From a virus (lineage: Duplodnaviria > Heunggongvirae > Uroviricota > Caudoviricetes): a DNA stretch of 64,000 bases. Positions 36,429-45,724 of this stretch are shown here, in pieces. The notes below the pieces were generated by a model. It made no database searches. It worked only from the letters and a program-made list of their open reading frames with translations, and was not told the DNA's origin. Both the position numbers and the translations under genes were made by a program. Each line of letters opens with the position of its first letter. The stretch's first letter is position 1. Where the stretch lies: IMG/VR virus record IMGVR_UViG_2827179085_000005, positions 1 to 64,000 of that record; one strand, 5' to 3'.

Positions 36429-36901
36429 TGAACATGAAAGGCTGTATAGTCTGTGATGTGAAACATCAAGGGTTTTATGTGTCTTCTGATGAGGTCTACA
36501 TGTGTCCTAGACACAAGAAGATTCTGTCGGAAGAAGATGAAGAACTGTCAAGAAAATTTAAGAAGAATCGTTTTGTAGTTGAAGGCAAGACAGCAAGAAT
36601 GTCTGTTTACAACAAGCAGTTCAAAGAAAAACATTATAAATTCATCGTTGATACCGAAGATATACCACTTCTCGAAGATATCCGTTGGAGAGAAGACGAA
36701 GATGGTCACGCAGTTACAAGCGTAAAGAAAGGGAAGAAAGTACTTTCACTAAAGCTTATGGACTATCTAATGTATCTTCGACATGGCATAAAATCCCCAT
36801 CATATCACCCTAATTGCAACAATTACGATTGCCGAAAGTTGAACATAAGAGTCATGAAAGACAAGCGAAGAGAGCGTTCAACTGTCAGGAATATCATTTA
36901 G
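36428..36901 (+). CDS. HNH-type (HNH_3-like) homing endonuclease-like protein
   Basis: C-terminal HPNCNNYDCRKLNIRV resembles HNH_3 motif; sits immediately upstream of polymerase gene. Confidence 0.4.
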   Translation: MNMKGCIVCDVKHQGFYVSSDEVYMCPRHKKILSEEDEELSRKFKKNRFVVEGKTARMSVYNKQFKEKHYKFIVDTEDIPLLEDIRWREDEDGHAVTSVKKGKKVLSLKLMDYLMYLRHGIKSPSYHPNCNNYDCRKLNIRVMKDKRRERSTVRNII

Positions 36902-36915
36902 GAGTTGATTATGAA

Positions 36916-39900
36916 TTGTGTCTATCTTGCGGTAATGTCTTAATCAATCATGCTGTACCAAAGAGTTACGATGGATTTGTAAACCTTCATCTTCACACAG
37001 CTTACTCATTGCTTGATGGCATGAGTAAGCCCGAAGATGTAATTAAAAAGGTTGCAAGTCTCAATCAAACTGCTGTGGCTGTCACAGAGCATGGGAATGT
37101 TTTCTCTGCTGTGAAAGTCCATAAGCTTGCAAAGAAAGCGAATATCAAACACATCTATGGGGCAGAGTTCTACGTCACTGAGGACAGGTTCGTCCAAGAT
37201 AAAACAAAGAAATACTATCACTTAACTGTTCTGGCTAAGAACGAACAGGGAAGACGAAACATCAATAAGCTTGCATCTCTTGGTTATCTTGAAGGATTCT
37301 ACTTCAAGCCACGTATTGACCATGAATTGTTAAAGAAGTATGGCGAAGGATTGATTGTCCTCTCTGGTTGCATGGCAAGTGAAGTTCAGCAAGCACTTGC
37401 AGGAGGAAAAATCGGAGATGGTGACATTGAGATTACTGACGCTAATAGAGAAAATGCCAAGGCAATTATCAGAGCCTATCGTGAGATTTTTGGTCGTGAT
37501 TATTATTTGGAGGTACAAGCCCATCGCGACTACAGGCAACAACAACTTAATAGGGCGATTGTTGATCTGTCTGTGGAATTGGGTATCGAATATGTAGCAA
37601 CGACTGATTCTCATTTCGTAGAGGAAGATGACCTTGAACTGCATGGGATTTTCATTCAGATCGGTACGAACCGCGAAGCAGGGGAGACTTATCAGGACAC
37701 TCATATCATGGATGCTGGTGAGGTAACGAAGAAGCTTCTTGGTTCCATGACATATGATGAAGCTGAACTAGCTGTACGTACATCTCTGATTATTGCAGAT
37801 AAATGTAATGTTGATCTTCCGTTATCAGAGCCAATCATCCCTCACGTTGATATTCCAGATGGGTTCGACGATGAGATTGCATACTTGAAGGAATTGATTA
37901 ATAAGGGATGGAAGCGTAGAGAAATTAGGAAGAAGAAAGATGTTCAGAAATACAAGGAGCGCCTTAACTACGAGTTTAATTCCATCACTAAGATGGGGTT
38001 CGAGGGATACTTCTTGCTTGTAGAGTCATATGTAAACTCTGTAAAACGTCGAGGTATTGCGCGTGGTTCTTCTGGTGGAAGCTTGATTGCTTACTTGTTA
38101 GGCATCACTGAGATTGACCCGATTCCATATGGCTTGTACTTCGAGCGATTCATCGACGTTGGCGCACTTGATCTGTTGGAGAATGGAACAATCACTCGTA
38201 AAGAGCTAAAGATTCCCGATGTCGATAGCGACTTTGGAACGACCGATAGAGACAAGGTTGTCGATGGTATCGTTAAGAAGTATGGCGAGGATAAGTTCGC
38301 GGCTATCGGACAATTCGGTTACATTTGGGACAAATCAGCAGTCAAAGACGTTGGTCGAGTGCTGAACATTCCTTTCTCTGTGACCAATCAGATGACTCAA
38401 CAAATGGGCGACCTCACAATTACATACATGCGCGAAGCAGGATTGTTCCAGCATTGGTTTGAGGAATATCCAAAACTGTTCGAGTATGCAGAGAAGATTG
38501 CAGGATTGCCGAAAAGCTTTGGTGTTCATCCATGTGGAAAGATCATTTCCATCAAAGAGATTGACTACTACACAGCCATTGCATCGAACGATGGAACGAT
38601 CGTTTTCCAAGGAGATATGGACGACACTGATGATCTTGGCTTGGTGAAGGTTGACTTGCTTGGTCTGAAATCCATTGACGTTATCTACGACACATTAGAG
38701 ATGATTGGCAAGGATTACGACTACATCAATCCCGATAAGCTTGACTTCACTGACATAAATATTCTTCGACTCTTTCGAGAAGGAAGAACAGATGGAGTAT
38801 TCCAGTTCGAATCAATCGGTATGAAGGAGACGCTTCGACAGGTTCATCCTGATGGCATTGAGGACTTGGGAGTGTGTAATGCGCTATTTCGTCCTGCATC
38901 CATGAAACATATCGAGCATTACGCTAAACGTAAGAAAGGCTTGGAGAAATACTCGTATTTGCATCCAGACCTTGAAGCAGTTCTCAAAGCAACAAAAGGT
39001 ATTATGACGTTCCAAGAGCAATTGATCGAGATTGGCTGGATTGGCAAGATGAAAAATCCTGACAAAATCCGCAAAGCAACAGGCAAGAAGTCGATGCAAT
39101 TAATGACCGAATGTAAGACAGAATTGTTTAAAGGATTGGGACGTAGGGGATGGACACAGGAACAGCTTGAAACACTGTGGGAAACGATGATCGACTTTGC
39201 TTCTTATTCCTTTAATAAATCACACGCAATGGCTTATGCAATTATCGCATGGCAAATGGCAAAACTTAAACATTATCACCCTGTCGAGTTCATGACTGCA
39301 CTACTGAACAGCAAAATCGGAAAAATCGAAGAGTTGTCTCACTATCTTAGTGAGTGCAAACGCATGGGTATCCAAGTGAATGTTCCAGATATCAACGGAA
39401 GCCAAGGAAAGTTCTCAGTGAAAAATAGCGAGATTGTATTCGGACTTCTAGCGATTCGTGGTATTGGTGAGCCAACTGTTGAGTTGATCGATAGACTTCG
39501 GGAAGCACATGTTAAACCATTTACATCTTTCTCTCAGTTTTTAGACTTTAACACTATGTTGTACGAAGAGAGCAAAAAAGTGAGTGAGATTGTACAGCAA
39601 GACATTACAATCGACATGCTTCCATCTGATGCGATAATCAACCTCATCAAGTCTGGTGCATTTGGAACAAACAAGAATGAGTGTTTGACTGAATTTGCTA
39701 ATGCGACATACATTCCATTGAAGTGGATTCCGAAAAAGCCTATCCCAAGCAAATCTGATTTTGCGAAGGCTGGATATCCGATTTCTGACGAGCAATTCGC
39801 AGACAAAATGGTACGTAGAGATGTGTTCAACGAGTACAAGTATCAGGACTACTTGAAGAAGGATACAGATCGTAGACAGAAGCACATCGACAACTTCTTC

Positions 39901-40323
39901 GAGAAATACGTTGGTGACATTGAGTTCTATGAGTTCGATACGATGGGTGCATACCTCACAATCAGTCCTTTCGACAAGTATATCAAGTCAATCAAAGACT
40001 TTTACACTTACGAGGATGGTACAGATAAGGTTTTGGTTGTTGGTACTATCATCGGCAAGGAAGTAAAGAAATCATCCAGAGGTGGGCAATACGCAAAGAT
40101 TCAAGTGCTGACTCCACATGGAGTTGTACAAGCAAAAGCCTATTCTAATGCATATAGCGAGTACAAACACATGCTGGACAAAGGTTCTACTGTCGTCATG
40201 CTAACGAAGCGAAATAAAGATGAAGCAATCATTTCTAAGATGAAGACATTCCACGATTGGAAAACTCTCATCGACAGAAAGATGGCTAAGAAAATACAAG
40301 ATAAAAATAAGGGAGTGTTGTAA
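36916..40323 (+). CDS. DNA polymerase III alpha-subunit-like replicative polymerase (PHP domain + DnaE-like core)
   Basis: N-terminal PHP motif VNLHLHTAYSLLDG; ~1135 aa; conserved pol III alpha core; start uncertain (TTG 36916 after AGGAG). Confidence 0.85.
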   Translation: MCLSCGNVLINHAVPKSYDGFVNLHLHTAYSLLDGMSKPEDVIKKVASLNQTAVAVTEHGNVFSAVKVHKLAKKANIKHIYGAEFYVTEDRFVQDKTKKYYHLTVLAKNEQGRRNINKLASLGYLEGFYFKPRIDHELLKKYGEGLIVLSGCMASEVQQALAGGKIGDGDIEITDANRENAKAIIRAYREIFGRDYYLEVQAHRDYRQQQLNRAIVDLSVELGIEYVATTDSHFVEEDDLELHGIFIQIGTNREAGETYQDTHIMDAGEVTKKLLGSMTYDEAELAVRTSLIIADKCNVDLPLSEPIIPHVDIPDGFDDEIAYLKELINKGWKRREIRKKKDVQKYKERLNYEFNSITKMGFEGYFLLVESYVNSVKRRGIARGSSGGSLIAYLLGITEIDPIPYGLYFERFIDVGALDLLENGTITRKELKIPDVDSDFGTTDRDKVVDGIVKKYGEDKFAAIGQFGYIWDKSAVKDVGRVLNIPFSVTNQMTQQMGDLTITYMREAGLFQHWFEEYPKLFEYAEKIAGLPKSFGVHPCGKIISIKEIDYYTAIASNDGTIVFQGDMDDTDDLGLVKVDLLGLKSIDVIYDTLEMIGKDYDYINPDKLDFTDINILRLFREGRTDGVFQFESIGMKETLRQVHPDGIEDLGVCNALFRPASMKHIEHYAKRKKGLEKYSYLHPDLEAVLKATKGIMTFQEQLIEIGWIGKMKNPDKIRKATGKKSMQLMTECKTELFKGLGRRGWTQEQLETLWETMIDFASYSFNKSHAMAYAIIAWQMAKLKHYHPVEFMTALLNSKIGKIEELSHYLSECKRMGIQVNVPDINGSQGKFSVKNSEIVFGLLAIRGIGEPTVELIDRLREAHVKPFTSFSQFLDFNTMLYEESKKVSEIVQQDITIDMLPSDAIINLIKSGAFGTNKNECLTEFANATYIPLKWIPKKPIPSKSDFAKAGYPISDEQFADKMVRRDVFNEYKYQDYLKKDTDRRQKHIDNFFEKYVGDIEFYEFDTMGAYLTISPFDKYIKSIKDFYTYEDGTDKVLVVGTIIGKEVKKSSRGGQYAKIQVLTPHGVVQAKAYSNAYSEYKHMLDKGSTVVMLTKRNKDEAIISKMKTFHDWKTLIDRKMAKKIQDKNKGVL

Positions 40324-40566
40324 GTGGAAAAGCAGACTTTTACACAATCAGAGATGAATATTATTACCGCAATTTTGCTAGATAATATGATGGAAGAATT
40401 GAACATTCCAAGTCCATTAACGGAACAGATGGTTGCTGAAAATTTGTCTATTCTTTTCGGCGCTTACTCTAAGCAAGAAATGAATGAATTTCTTATCAAT
40501 ACCATGAATGAATTGATTGAGAAGATCAAATTGGAGCAGTCAAATGAGCAAGCTGTACAGGATTAA
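40324..40566 (+). CDS. hypothetical protein
   Basis: ORF. Confidence 0.4.
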   Translation: MEKQTFTQSEMNIITAILLDNMMEELNIPSPLTEQMVAENLSILFGAYSKQEMNEFLINTMNELIEKIKLEQSNEQAVQD

Positions 40567-40810
40567 ATCAAACGAAAAGCTATTCAATGAGTGGATGAGG
40601 GTTTCTGCAAGCCCTCATTCCAAGCTTGGCATTGATACATGGGCAATCGTACAGAATGACGTTGAGATGACAGGCAACGAATTAAACGAGTGGTACAAAC
40701 ATGCAGGGAAGATGATCAAGGAAACTGAAAATCACTTCGCACAAGTCATTGAAGAGATGAAGAAGCTTCGCACTCGAACAGTAAATTACATCAAGCTTGA
40801 AAATGATTAG
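40544..40810 (+). CDS. hypothetical protein
   Basis: ORF. Confidence 0.35.
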   Translation: MSKLYRIKSNEKLFNEWMRVSASPHSKLGIDTWAIVQNDVEMTGNELNEWYKHAGKMIKETENHFAQVIEEMKKLRTRTVNYIKLEND

Positions 40811-40931
40811 GAGTGGTTTTGTTGTCTAGGTTATGGAACTTCATTGCACATGCACTTTTACTTACATTCATCTATTGTGTCACATTTGTAGGCACACTCA
40901 CACTATTATTCCATTTTGGAGGTCTGTTCAA

Positions 40932-41135
40932 ATGAGAGAGTATTTCGTTGTCATCGTAAATGTTTCATGTGGGAATCGTCAATTGGACGTACAGCATGAA
41001 GGCTATCATCACTATCCTAGTACGGAAGAGATTCACAAAGCCATGAAATATTATGAAAACTACCAAGGCTTAACCGAAGTAGTAAAAGCTAATTATGCTA
41101 GAGTCGAAAAAAGATATACATTGGAGGAGATATAG
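40932..41135 (+). CDS. hypothetical protein
   Basis: GGAGG RBS before ATG 40932. Confidence 0.35.
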   Translation: MREYFVVIVNVSCGNRQLDVQHEGYHHYPSTEEIHKAMKYYENYQGLTEVVKANYARVEKRYTLEEI

Positions 41136-41136
41136 A

Positions 41137-41406
41137 ATGGGAGAACATATCGAGCAAGGGAGTATTGTTGCAGTGGTTGACACAGGGGAGACTTACACAC
41201 AATTCACAGAATTGTTCAATCACGCAGTGAGTAAAAGTGGAGTCAAAGGTATTACACATGCATATAACAAAGTGCCTGAAAAACATGAGGCATTCATTGT
41301 TCTTGCTGTAGTAAGACATTTTGATTCAAATGCTCCAATTGCCTTGATTCAAAACGACAATCAGAAAGCTTACCTGATTGGAACCGCTGGACTCAAATTG
41401 AATTAG
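41137..41406 (+). CDS. hypothetical protein
   Basis: GGAGGAG RBS. Confidence 0.4.
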   Translation: MGEHIEQGSIVAVVDTGETYTQFTELFNHAVSKSGVKGITHAYNKVPEKHEAFIVLAVVRHFDSNAPIALIQNDNQKAYLIGTAGLKLN

Positions 41407-41478
41407 GTTTTACCTCCTAGTATTTTCTTGGCTTCTTACACTCCTACATAGCCAAATGAAAACTAGGAGTGGTTATAA

Positions 41479-42060
41479 ATGGAACTGAAACTTGAATTGC
41501 CTGTACCAACATCAATCAATAAGCTTTACATTAATGAATATCAATGGGATGCGCGATTAAAACAGCGCGTACCATCTGGTCGAAGAATCCTTTCTAAAGA
41601 TGGTCGCAATGTAAAGGCTCAAATTCAAGGTAGAGCAAGGGTACAGCTTAACGAACAGCCTGATTGGGATTATGAATGGACGAAGGAAAACTTCGTTTAT
41701 CAAGACACAACGATCTACTTTGCTCGTCGGGGAAGTGACGACAACAATATCTACAAATTACTTAACGATTCGCTTGAAGGGATCACTTACGACAACGACT
41801 CTAGGGTGCTTGTGCGTACTCAGCGTATCGTATATGACTCAAAGAATCCTCGTATCGAGGTTACAATCAAGCCTGTTGCCTTCATTGGAATCTTTGAGAA
41901 TCAAGATGTGCTTGAACGATTCCAAAACATTTGTGAAGGGTGTTCTAAGTATCGAAAGGGTAGCTGTTCAATATTGAAGGACTCCATAGCAGGAACAGTT
42001 CGCGAAGAAATCGGAAGCATCTACAGCCCAATCTGTGCGGCGTTTAAGGAAAAGAAATAA
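41479..42060 (+). CDS. rusA: RusA-like Holliday junction resolvase
   Basis: LPVPTSINKLY N-terminal RusA-like motif; C-terminal Cys cluster. Confidence 0.55.
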   Translation: MELKLELPVPTSINKLYINEYQWDARLKQRVPSGRRILSKDGRNVKAQIQGRARVQLNEQPDWDYEWTKENFVYQDTTIYFARRGSDDNNIYKLLNDSLEGITYDNDSRVLVRTQRIVYDSKNPRIEVTIKPVAFIGIFENQDVLERFQNICEGCSKYRKGSCSILKDSIAGTVREEIGSIYSPICAAFKEKK

Positions 42061-42065
42061 GGATT

Positions 42066-42095
42066 AGGACTACCGTCACTGGTAGTCCTTTATTA
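42066..42095 (+). terminator. probable terminator hairpin
   Basis: AGGACTACC-GTCACT-GGTAGTCCT + TTATTACT. Confidence 0.5.
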
Positions 42096-42107
42096 CTATG
42101 TTTTGGT

Positions 42108-42136
42108 TTGACAAGCAATTAAACCAAAGGTATAAT
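42108..42136 (+). promoter_or_regulatory. sigmaA-type promoter TTGACA-17-TATAAT
   Basis: perfect consensus hexamers. Confidence 0.65.
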
Positions 42137-42137
42137 C

Positions 42138-42155
42138 TAGTTACTATAGTAACTA
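42138..42155 (+). promoter_or_regulatory. 18-bp perfect palindrome TAGTTACTATAGTAACTA (operator candidate) abutting -10
   Basis: self-complementary sequence. Confidence 0.55.
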
Positions 42156-42199
42156 TGATAACTATATATAATCTTTCGAGAATAGAGGTGAACCTGTCA

Positions 42200-42391
42200 A
42201 TGATGGCAAAAACCGTGAAGAAAGATATTAAAACATTTCCTCTAAGATTAGAATATAATTTTTCAAAGGAAATAGATGCACTGGTCTTCTACACCGATTC
42301 GCCTTCTAAACATCAATACATTCTTGACGCTATTAACGAAAAGATGTCAAGAGACAGGAATAGCCAGAAGATGAGAGAAAGACAAGCTTAA
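42200..42391 (+). CDS. ribbon-helix-helix (CopG/Arc-like) DNA-binding protein
   Basis: KTFPLRLEYNFSKEIDALV beta-strand/helix pattern typical of RHH; AGAGGTGA RBS. Confidence 0.5.
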   Translation: MMAKTVKKDIKTFPLRLEYNFSKEIDALVFYTDSPSKHQYILDAINEKMSRDRNSQKMRERQA

Positions 42392-42411
42392 AGGAGGTAT
42401 GGAAGAGTCAC

Positions 42412-42693
42412 ATGAAGGAATCCGAAATTATGCGAATACTAGCAGAAGAGACAGAAGAAGACGAAAATTACGGTTCGCCTGTTCATCAAGACAAGGTGTT
42501 TATAATAATGTGGCAATCCTCCAAAAGCGGTGGAACTTACACCGAATTACGTAAGTCTCTGCGAGGTAAAAATCGCTTCTTGAAAGGTTTGAGTTTCCAT
42601 GGTGTTGACCTAAGAGAAATTCAAGTCATTGAACAGCCAAAGATATGGGTTCCAGAACGTAAAACAAAAGTCAAGAAGAAGGGGAGTTATTAA
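42412..42693 (+). CDS. hypothetical protein
   Basis: AGGAGG RBS. Confidence 0.4.
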   Translation: MKESEIMRILAEETEEDENYGSPVHQDKVFIIMWQSSKSGGTYTELRKSLRGKNRFLKGLSFHGVDLREIQVIEQPKIWVPERKTKVKKKGSY

Positions 42694-43118
42694 TGGCTCA
42701 ATTCTACAATAAAGAAGAAGATGTTATAATTTTAAGTGTGGGACGAGAAGCAGAACAAGAAGGTACTCCGCTTAAAATTGCCTTCATGAAGATAGCAGAT
42801 GAAATGAATCGCAAAGTGGATTCAGTTTATGGACGCTATAAGAGACTGTCAAAATCTTTAAAGAATGGTGACGTTAGCACCCTTTCTGATAGTGAAAAAG
42901 TAATTCTTAAACTTAAAGCTCTTAGTAGAGAGAAAGATAGAAATGCCGAAAAGGTTGATCTGTATAAGGATAAATTTGAAGCTCTGCAAAAAGAACACGA
43001 CACTCTTAAACGTAAATACAGAAATCTTCAACTGGAACATCAGACACTTGTAGATACTGTGAACAAGGTTCTTGGCGATGACATTATTGTTGGAGATAAC
43101 GAACTCGAAGTTGGGTAG
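42693..43118 (+). CDS. hypothetical coiled-coil protein
   Basis: ORF. Confidence 0.4.
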   Translation: MAQFYNKEEDVIILSVGREAEQEGTPLKIAFMKIADEMNRKVDSVYGRYKRLSKSLKNGDVSTLSDSEKVILKLKALSREKDRNAEKVDLYKDKFEALQKEHDTLKRKYRNLQLEHQTLVDTVNKVLGDDIIVGDNELEVG

Positions 43119-43159
43119 ACTACTTGTATGCAACAGGTTGCTAAACAAAGGGGATTAAG

Positions 43160-43777
43160 ATGAACCAAGAAATAGAATTTGTAGACATAAGGGTTGGTAA
43201 GAAGTTTCCTCTTTTCTCAGAAAGTCTTGAAAAGATGAAAGGAATAGATGGAGCGTTTTTTGAAGCCATTGATTTCAACCAAGGATACTACTTTTGCATA
43301 CATCTAACCAATATTGACTTTATGGACAAGCATACATTTCGTAATGAGAAGATTTCAGTGAGGGTTTTACAGGGTGATGGAGGTATGGTTTTGCCAATCA
43401 TCAAATTCGGAAGGTCTATGATATTCGACATCAACTTCGACCCTACATTATATGGCGATCACAGAGCGTTCCAGCTTGTTGACACAAACAATATCCTTAC
43501 TATCTTCCTAATAGAAAGTAACAACGGTGAACTTAAAGCGATTCGTCAATGTAATCTTCCTTTGAAGATGATTCAAATTTGTCGAGAAGCTTGGGGTAGA
43601 GCTGTGCTTGACGTTGGATTCTCCGATAAATTCAATGAGTGGATAAACCGTTTGAGCAGATACTCTCTTCAATCACTTTGGGATAGAGCGACTAAAGTGG
43701 GAGAGATGGGAGAGACTTTTGATTTACAGGAAATTAAGACACCAAACCAATACAAACCACAGGAAGATATCTTATGA
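43160..43777 (+). CDS. hypothetical protein
   Basis: GGGGA RBS. Confidence 0.45.
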   Translation: MNQEIEFVDIRVGKKFPLFSESLEKMKGIDGAFFEAIDFNQGYYFCIHLTNIDFMDKHTFRNEKISVRVLQGDGGMVLPIIKFGRSMIFDINFDPTLYGDHRAFQLVDTNNILTIFLIESNNGELKAIRQCNLPLKMIQICREAWGRAVLDVGFSDKFNEWINRLSRYSLQSLWDRATKVGEMGETFDLQEIKTPNQYKPQEDIL

Positions 43778-44211
43778 AGAAAAAGAAAATACTTATTATA
43801 GCTTCTGCACTTTCGCTTCTCTTGATTTTTCCTGCTTGCGGTAAGGAAGAATCGTCTACTGGACAGACTCTTGATTCTAAAAGTGAAACGAGAAGTCTTC
43901 TTAGCAAAAAGGATGAGAGCAGTCAAGACCTGTTTGAATGGCTTGGATATGAGGAATTTGAAATCAAGCGCGAACTAAACAAAAGCGATAGAGCTACTGC
44001 TAAAATTACTAACCATTCCAGTTACGATCTTGAAGGTCATATTGCATTAGTTGTGTATGATGAAAATATGGCTATCCTCGACACACAGTATGTAGGTCTT
44101 CCTAAAGTTGGTCTTAAACCAAATGAGACATTTGTTGTTGATGAAATTATACATAAAGACAATTACAACACCGTTAAATTTGCTGATGTCAACATGCTTC
44201 GTCATAAATAA
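43774..44211 (+). CDS. putative lipoprotein
   Basis: signal peptide with LIFPACG lipobox-like. Confidence 0.45.
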   Translation: MKKKKILIIASALSLLLIFPACGKEESSTGQTLDSKSETRSLLSKKDESSQDLFEWLGYEEFEIKRELNKSDRATAKITNHSSYDLEGHIALVVYDENMAILDTQYVGLPKVGLKPNETFVVDEIIHKDNYNTVKFADVNMLRHK

Positions 44212-44294
44212 TTTTAAATATTTTAAAATTATTTGATATTTGCTTAAAACTTTATAATGACTGTCCAATCATTGAGTAAAGAGGATGAATAAAT

Positions 44295-44792
44295 ATGAAT
44301 AACAACCTGTATGTAATCCAAATACCAAGGTCAGAAGTTGAAAGCAAAGATATTGGAACTATCACGCACTACATATCTCAGTTAGAAAAAATAAAAGCTC
44401 CAAGTCAATGCGTAGAAATAACCTTCTCAGGATTTGACGATACGACAGAGGAAGTATTCGAAATCAAAGATATTCGAGACTGGACAACGATTGCTTTGAG
44501 AGAAGCACCAGAGATTCTGTACTATACGTCACTGCCAATTGGGACAACTACACGGTTATTATCTTGCGTTTATGATATTGAGACTGTTTCCTCAAAGCGG
44601 ATGGATGCCTATGAAGCTGTTGAGTACGCCGCAATTCATGGTGACCTCCCACAGCAACCAGTTATCATAACTATCCCAGATGATGAACGTTCAAGATTGT
44701 ATGGAGCTATTAAGAGTTACGGCATAAAGCGAAAAGATTCGTTCGGCGCAGGAGTGATCGTTAAATCGTTGAAGGAATTGTTTGGCGATTAA
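44295..44792 (+). CDS. hypothetical protein
   Basis: GAGGA RBS. Confidence 0.45.
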   Translation: MNNNLYVIQIPRSEVESKDIGTITHYISQLEKIKAPSQCVEITFSGFDDTTEEVFEIKDIRDWTTIALREAPEILYYTSLPIGTTTRLLSCVYDIETVSSKRMDAYEAVEYAAIHGDLPQQPVIITIPDDERSRLYGAIKSYGIKRKDSFGAGVIVKSLKELFGD

Positions 44793-44835
44793 ATCATTCT
44801 CAATTTACACACCCATAAATAACATGGTCAAATAT

Positions 44836-44874
44836 AAAAGGAGTAACCACCAAACAGTAATTACTCCTTTTATT
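44836..44874. terminator. bidirectional terminator between convergent genes
   Basis: AAAGGAGTAA...TTACTCCTTT flanked by A-run and T-run. Confidence 0.6.
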
Positions 44875-44876
44875 AC

Positions 44877-45449
44877 TTATTTGTTTATTATCTTATCTAG
44901 TACAGCCGAAAATGAATTGTATTCTTCTAAATCGCCTCGCTCATTCTGTACACAGTAAATCACGCTTACATTATCAATGATCTCCAATCGTTTGCTTTCC
45001 TTTTCAATACTATTTTTCAGCTCGTTAATTTCTCTTTCAACTTTTGCAACCTCATCCTCAGACGATGAATAACAGGATACACCACCAATCAATCGTGCGC
45101 CACTTTCACGCAACATTATATTAACTTTTTTGCGATTTGCTTCGTCAAATAGCCCAAATACCGTGAAGCACCCCATGAAATTTAGTTTGGCATCTGGTAC
45201 ATCAAGAGTGAATTGTAGATTTTTGTATGATGACATATGTTTTACATTTGTATATGAGTTTCCATCATTATTCTCAACATATGAAGAAGAGGTCACATTG
45301 AAACCAAGCTCTTTAAAGAATCTCTCAAATTCGACAGCAGCTTCATTTCGTCGTTCCGAAACTTTCTTATCAATAACTGCATAACTCTTCTTTCTGATTC
45401 CCGATAGCTTTTCGGTCAGATCTTCTTTTTCCATCATCTTCTTCAACAT
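44877..45449 (-). CDS. hypothetical protein (190 aa)
   Basis: ORF on minus strand in accessory island. Confidence 0.5.
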   Translation of the reverse strand: MLKKMMEKEDLTEKLSGIRKKSYAVIDKKVSERRNEAAVEFERFFKELGFNVTSSSYVENNDGNSYTNVKHMSSYKNLQFTLDVPDAKLNFMGCFTVFGLFDEANRKKVNIMLRESGARLIGGVSCYSSSEDEVAKVEREINELKNSIEKESKRLEIIDNVSVIYCVQNERGDLEEYNSFSAVLDKIINK

Positions 45450-45684
45450 TTTAAATGACCACCTTTGTCAATATATTGTATGTCTTATTAGTTTCACTAC
45501 CTATATGTAGTTCCCTACTAAATCATAATATTCAGAACCGATGCTTGTCAAGATTTTTATCATAATAATTTCCTACATTAACAATTTTATTTTTTCTCAT
45601 TTGAATACGGTAAATAAGTACTTCTTTGAATTTGCAAAAGTAGTATTTATATTAATTTATTTACATCGTATTATTCAACAACAA

Positions 45685-45713
45685 TTTACATGCCCTTCAC
45701 AACATGGTAAAAT
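45685..45713 (+). promoter_or_regulatory. sigmaA-type promoter TTTACA-17-TAAAAT
   Basis: upstream of RNPP-type regulator gene. Confidence 0.45.
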
Positions 45714-45724
45714 ATAGGTGGTGA

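Noticed and set aside
36720-36745. Degenerate copy of the conserved motif (GTAAAGAAAGGGAAGAAAGTAC) inside the HNH-like ORF
   Set aside because: It departs from the consensus at the 5' half and may be coincidental, so it was not counted as a motif site.
37006-39885. Several minus-strand and alternative-frame ORFs inside the polymerase gene
   Set aside because: They are embedded in a long, conserved polymerase reading frame.
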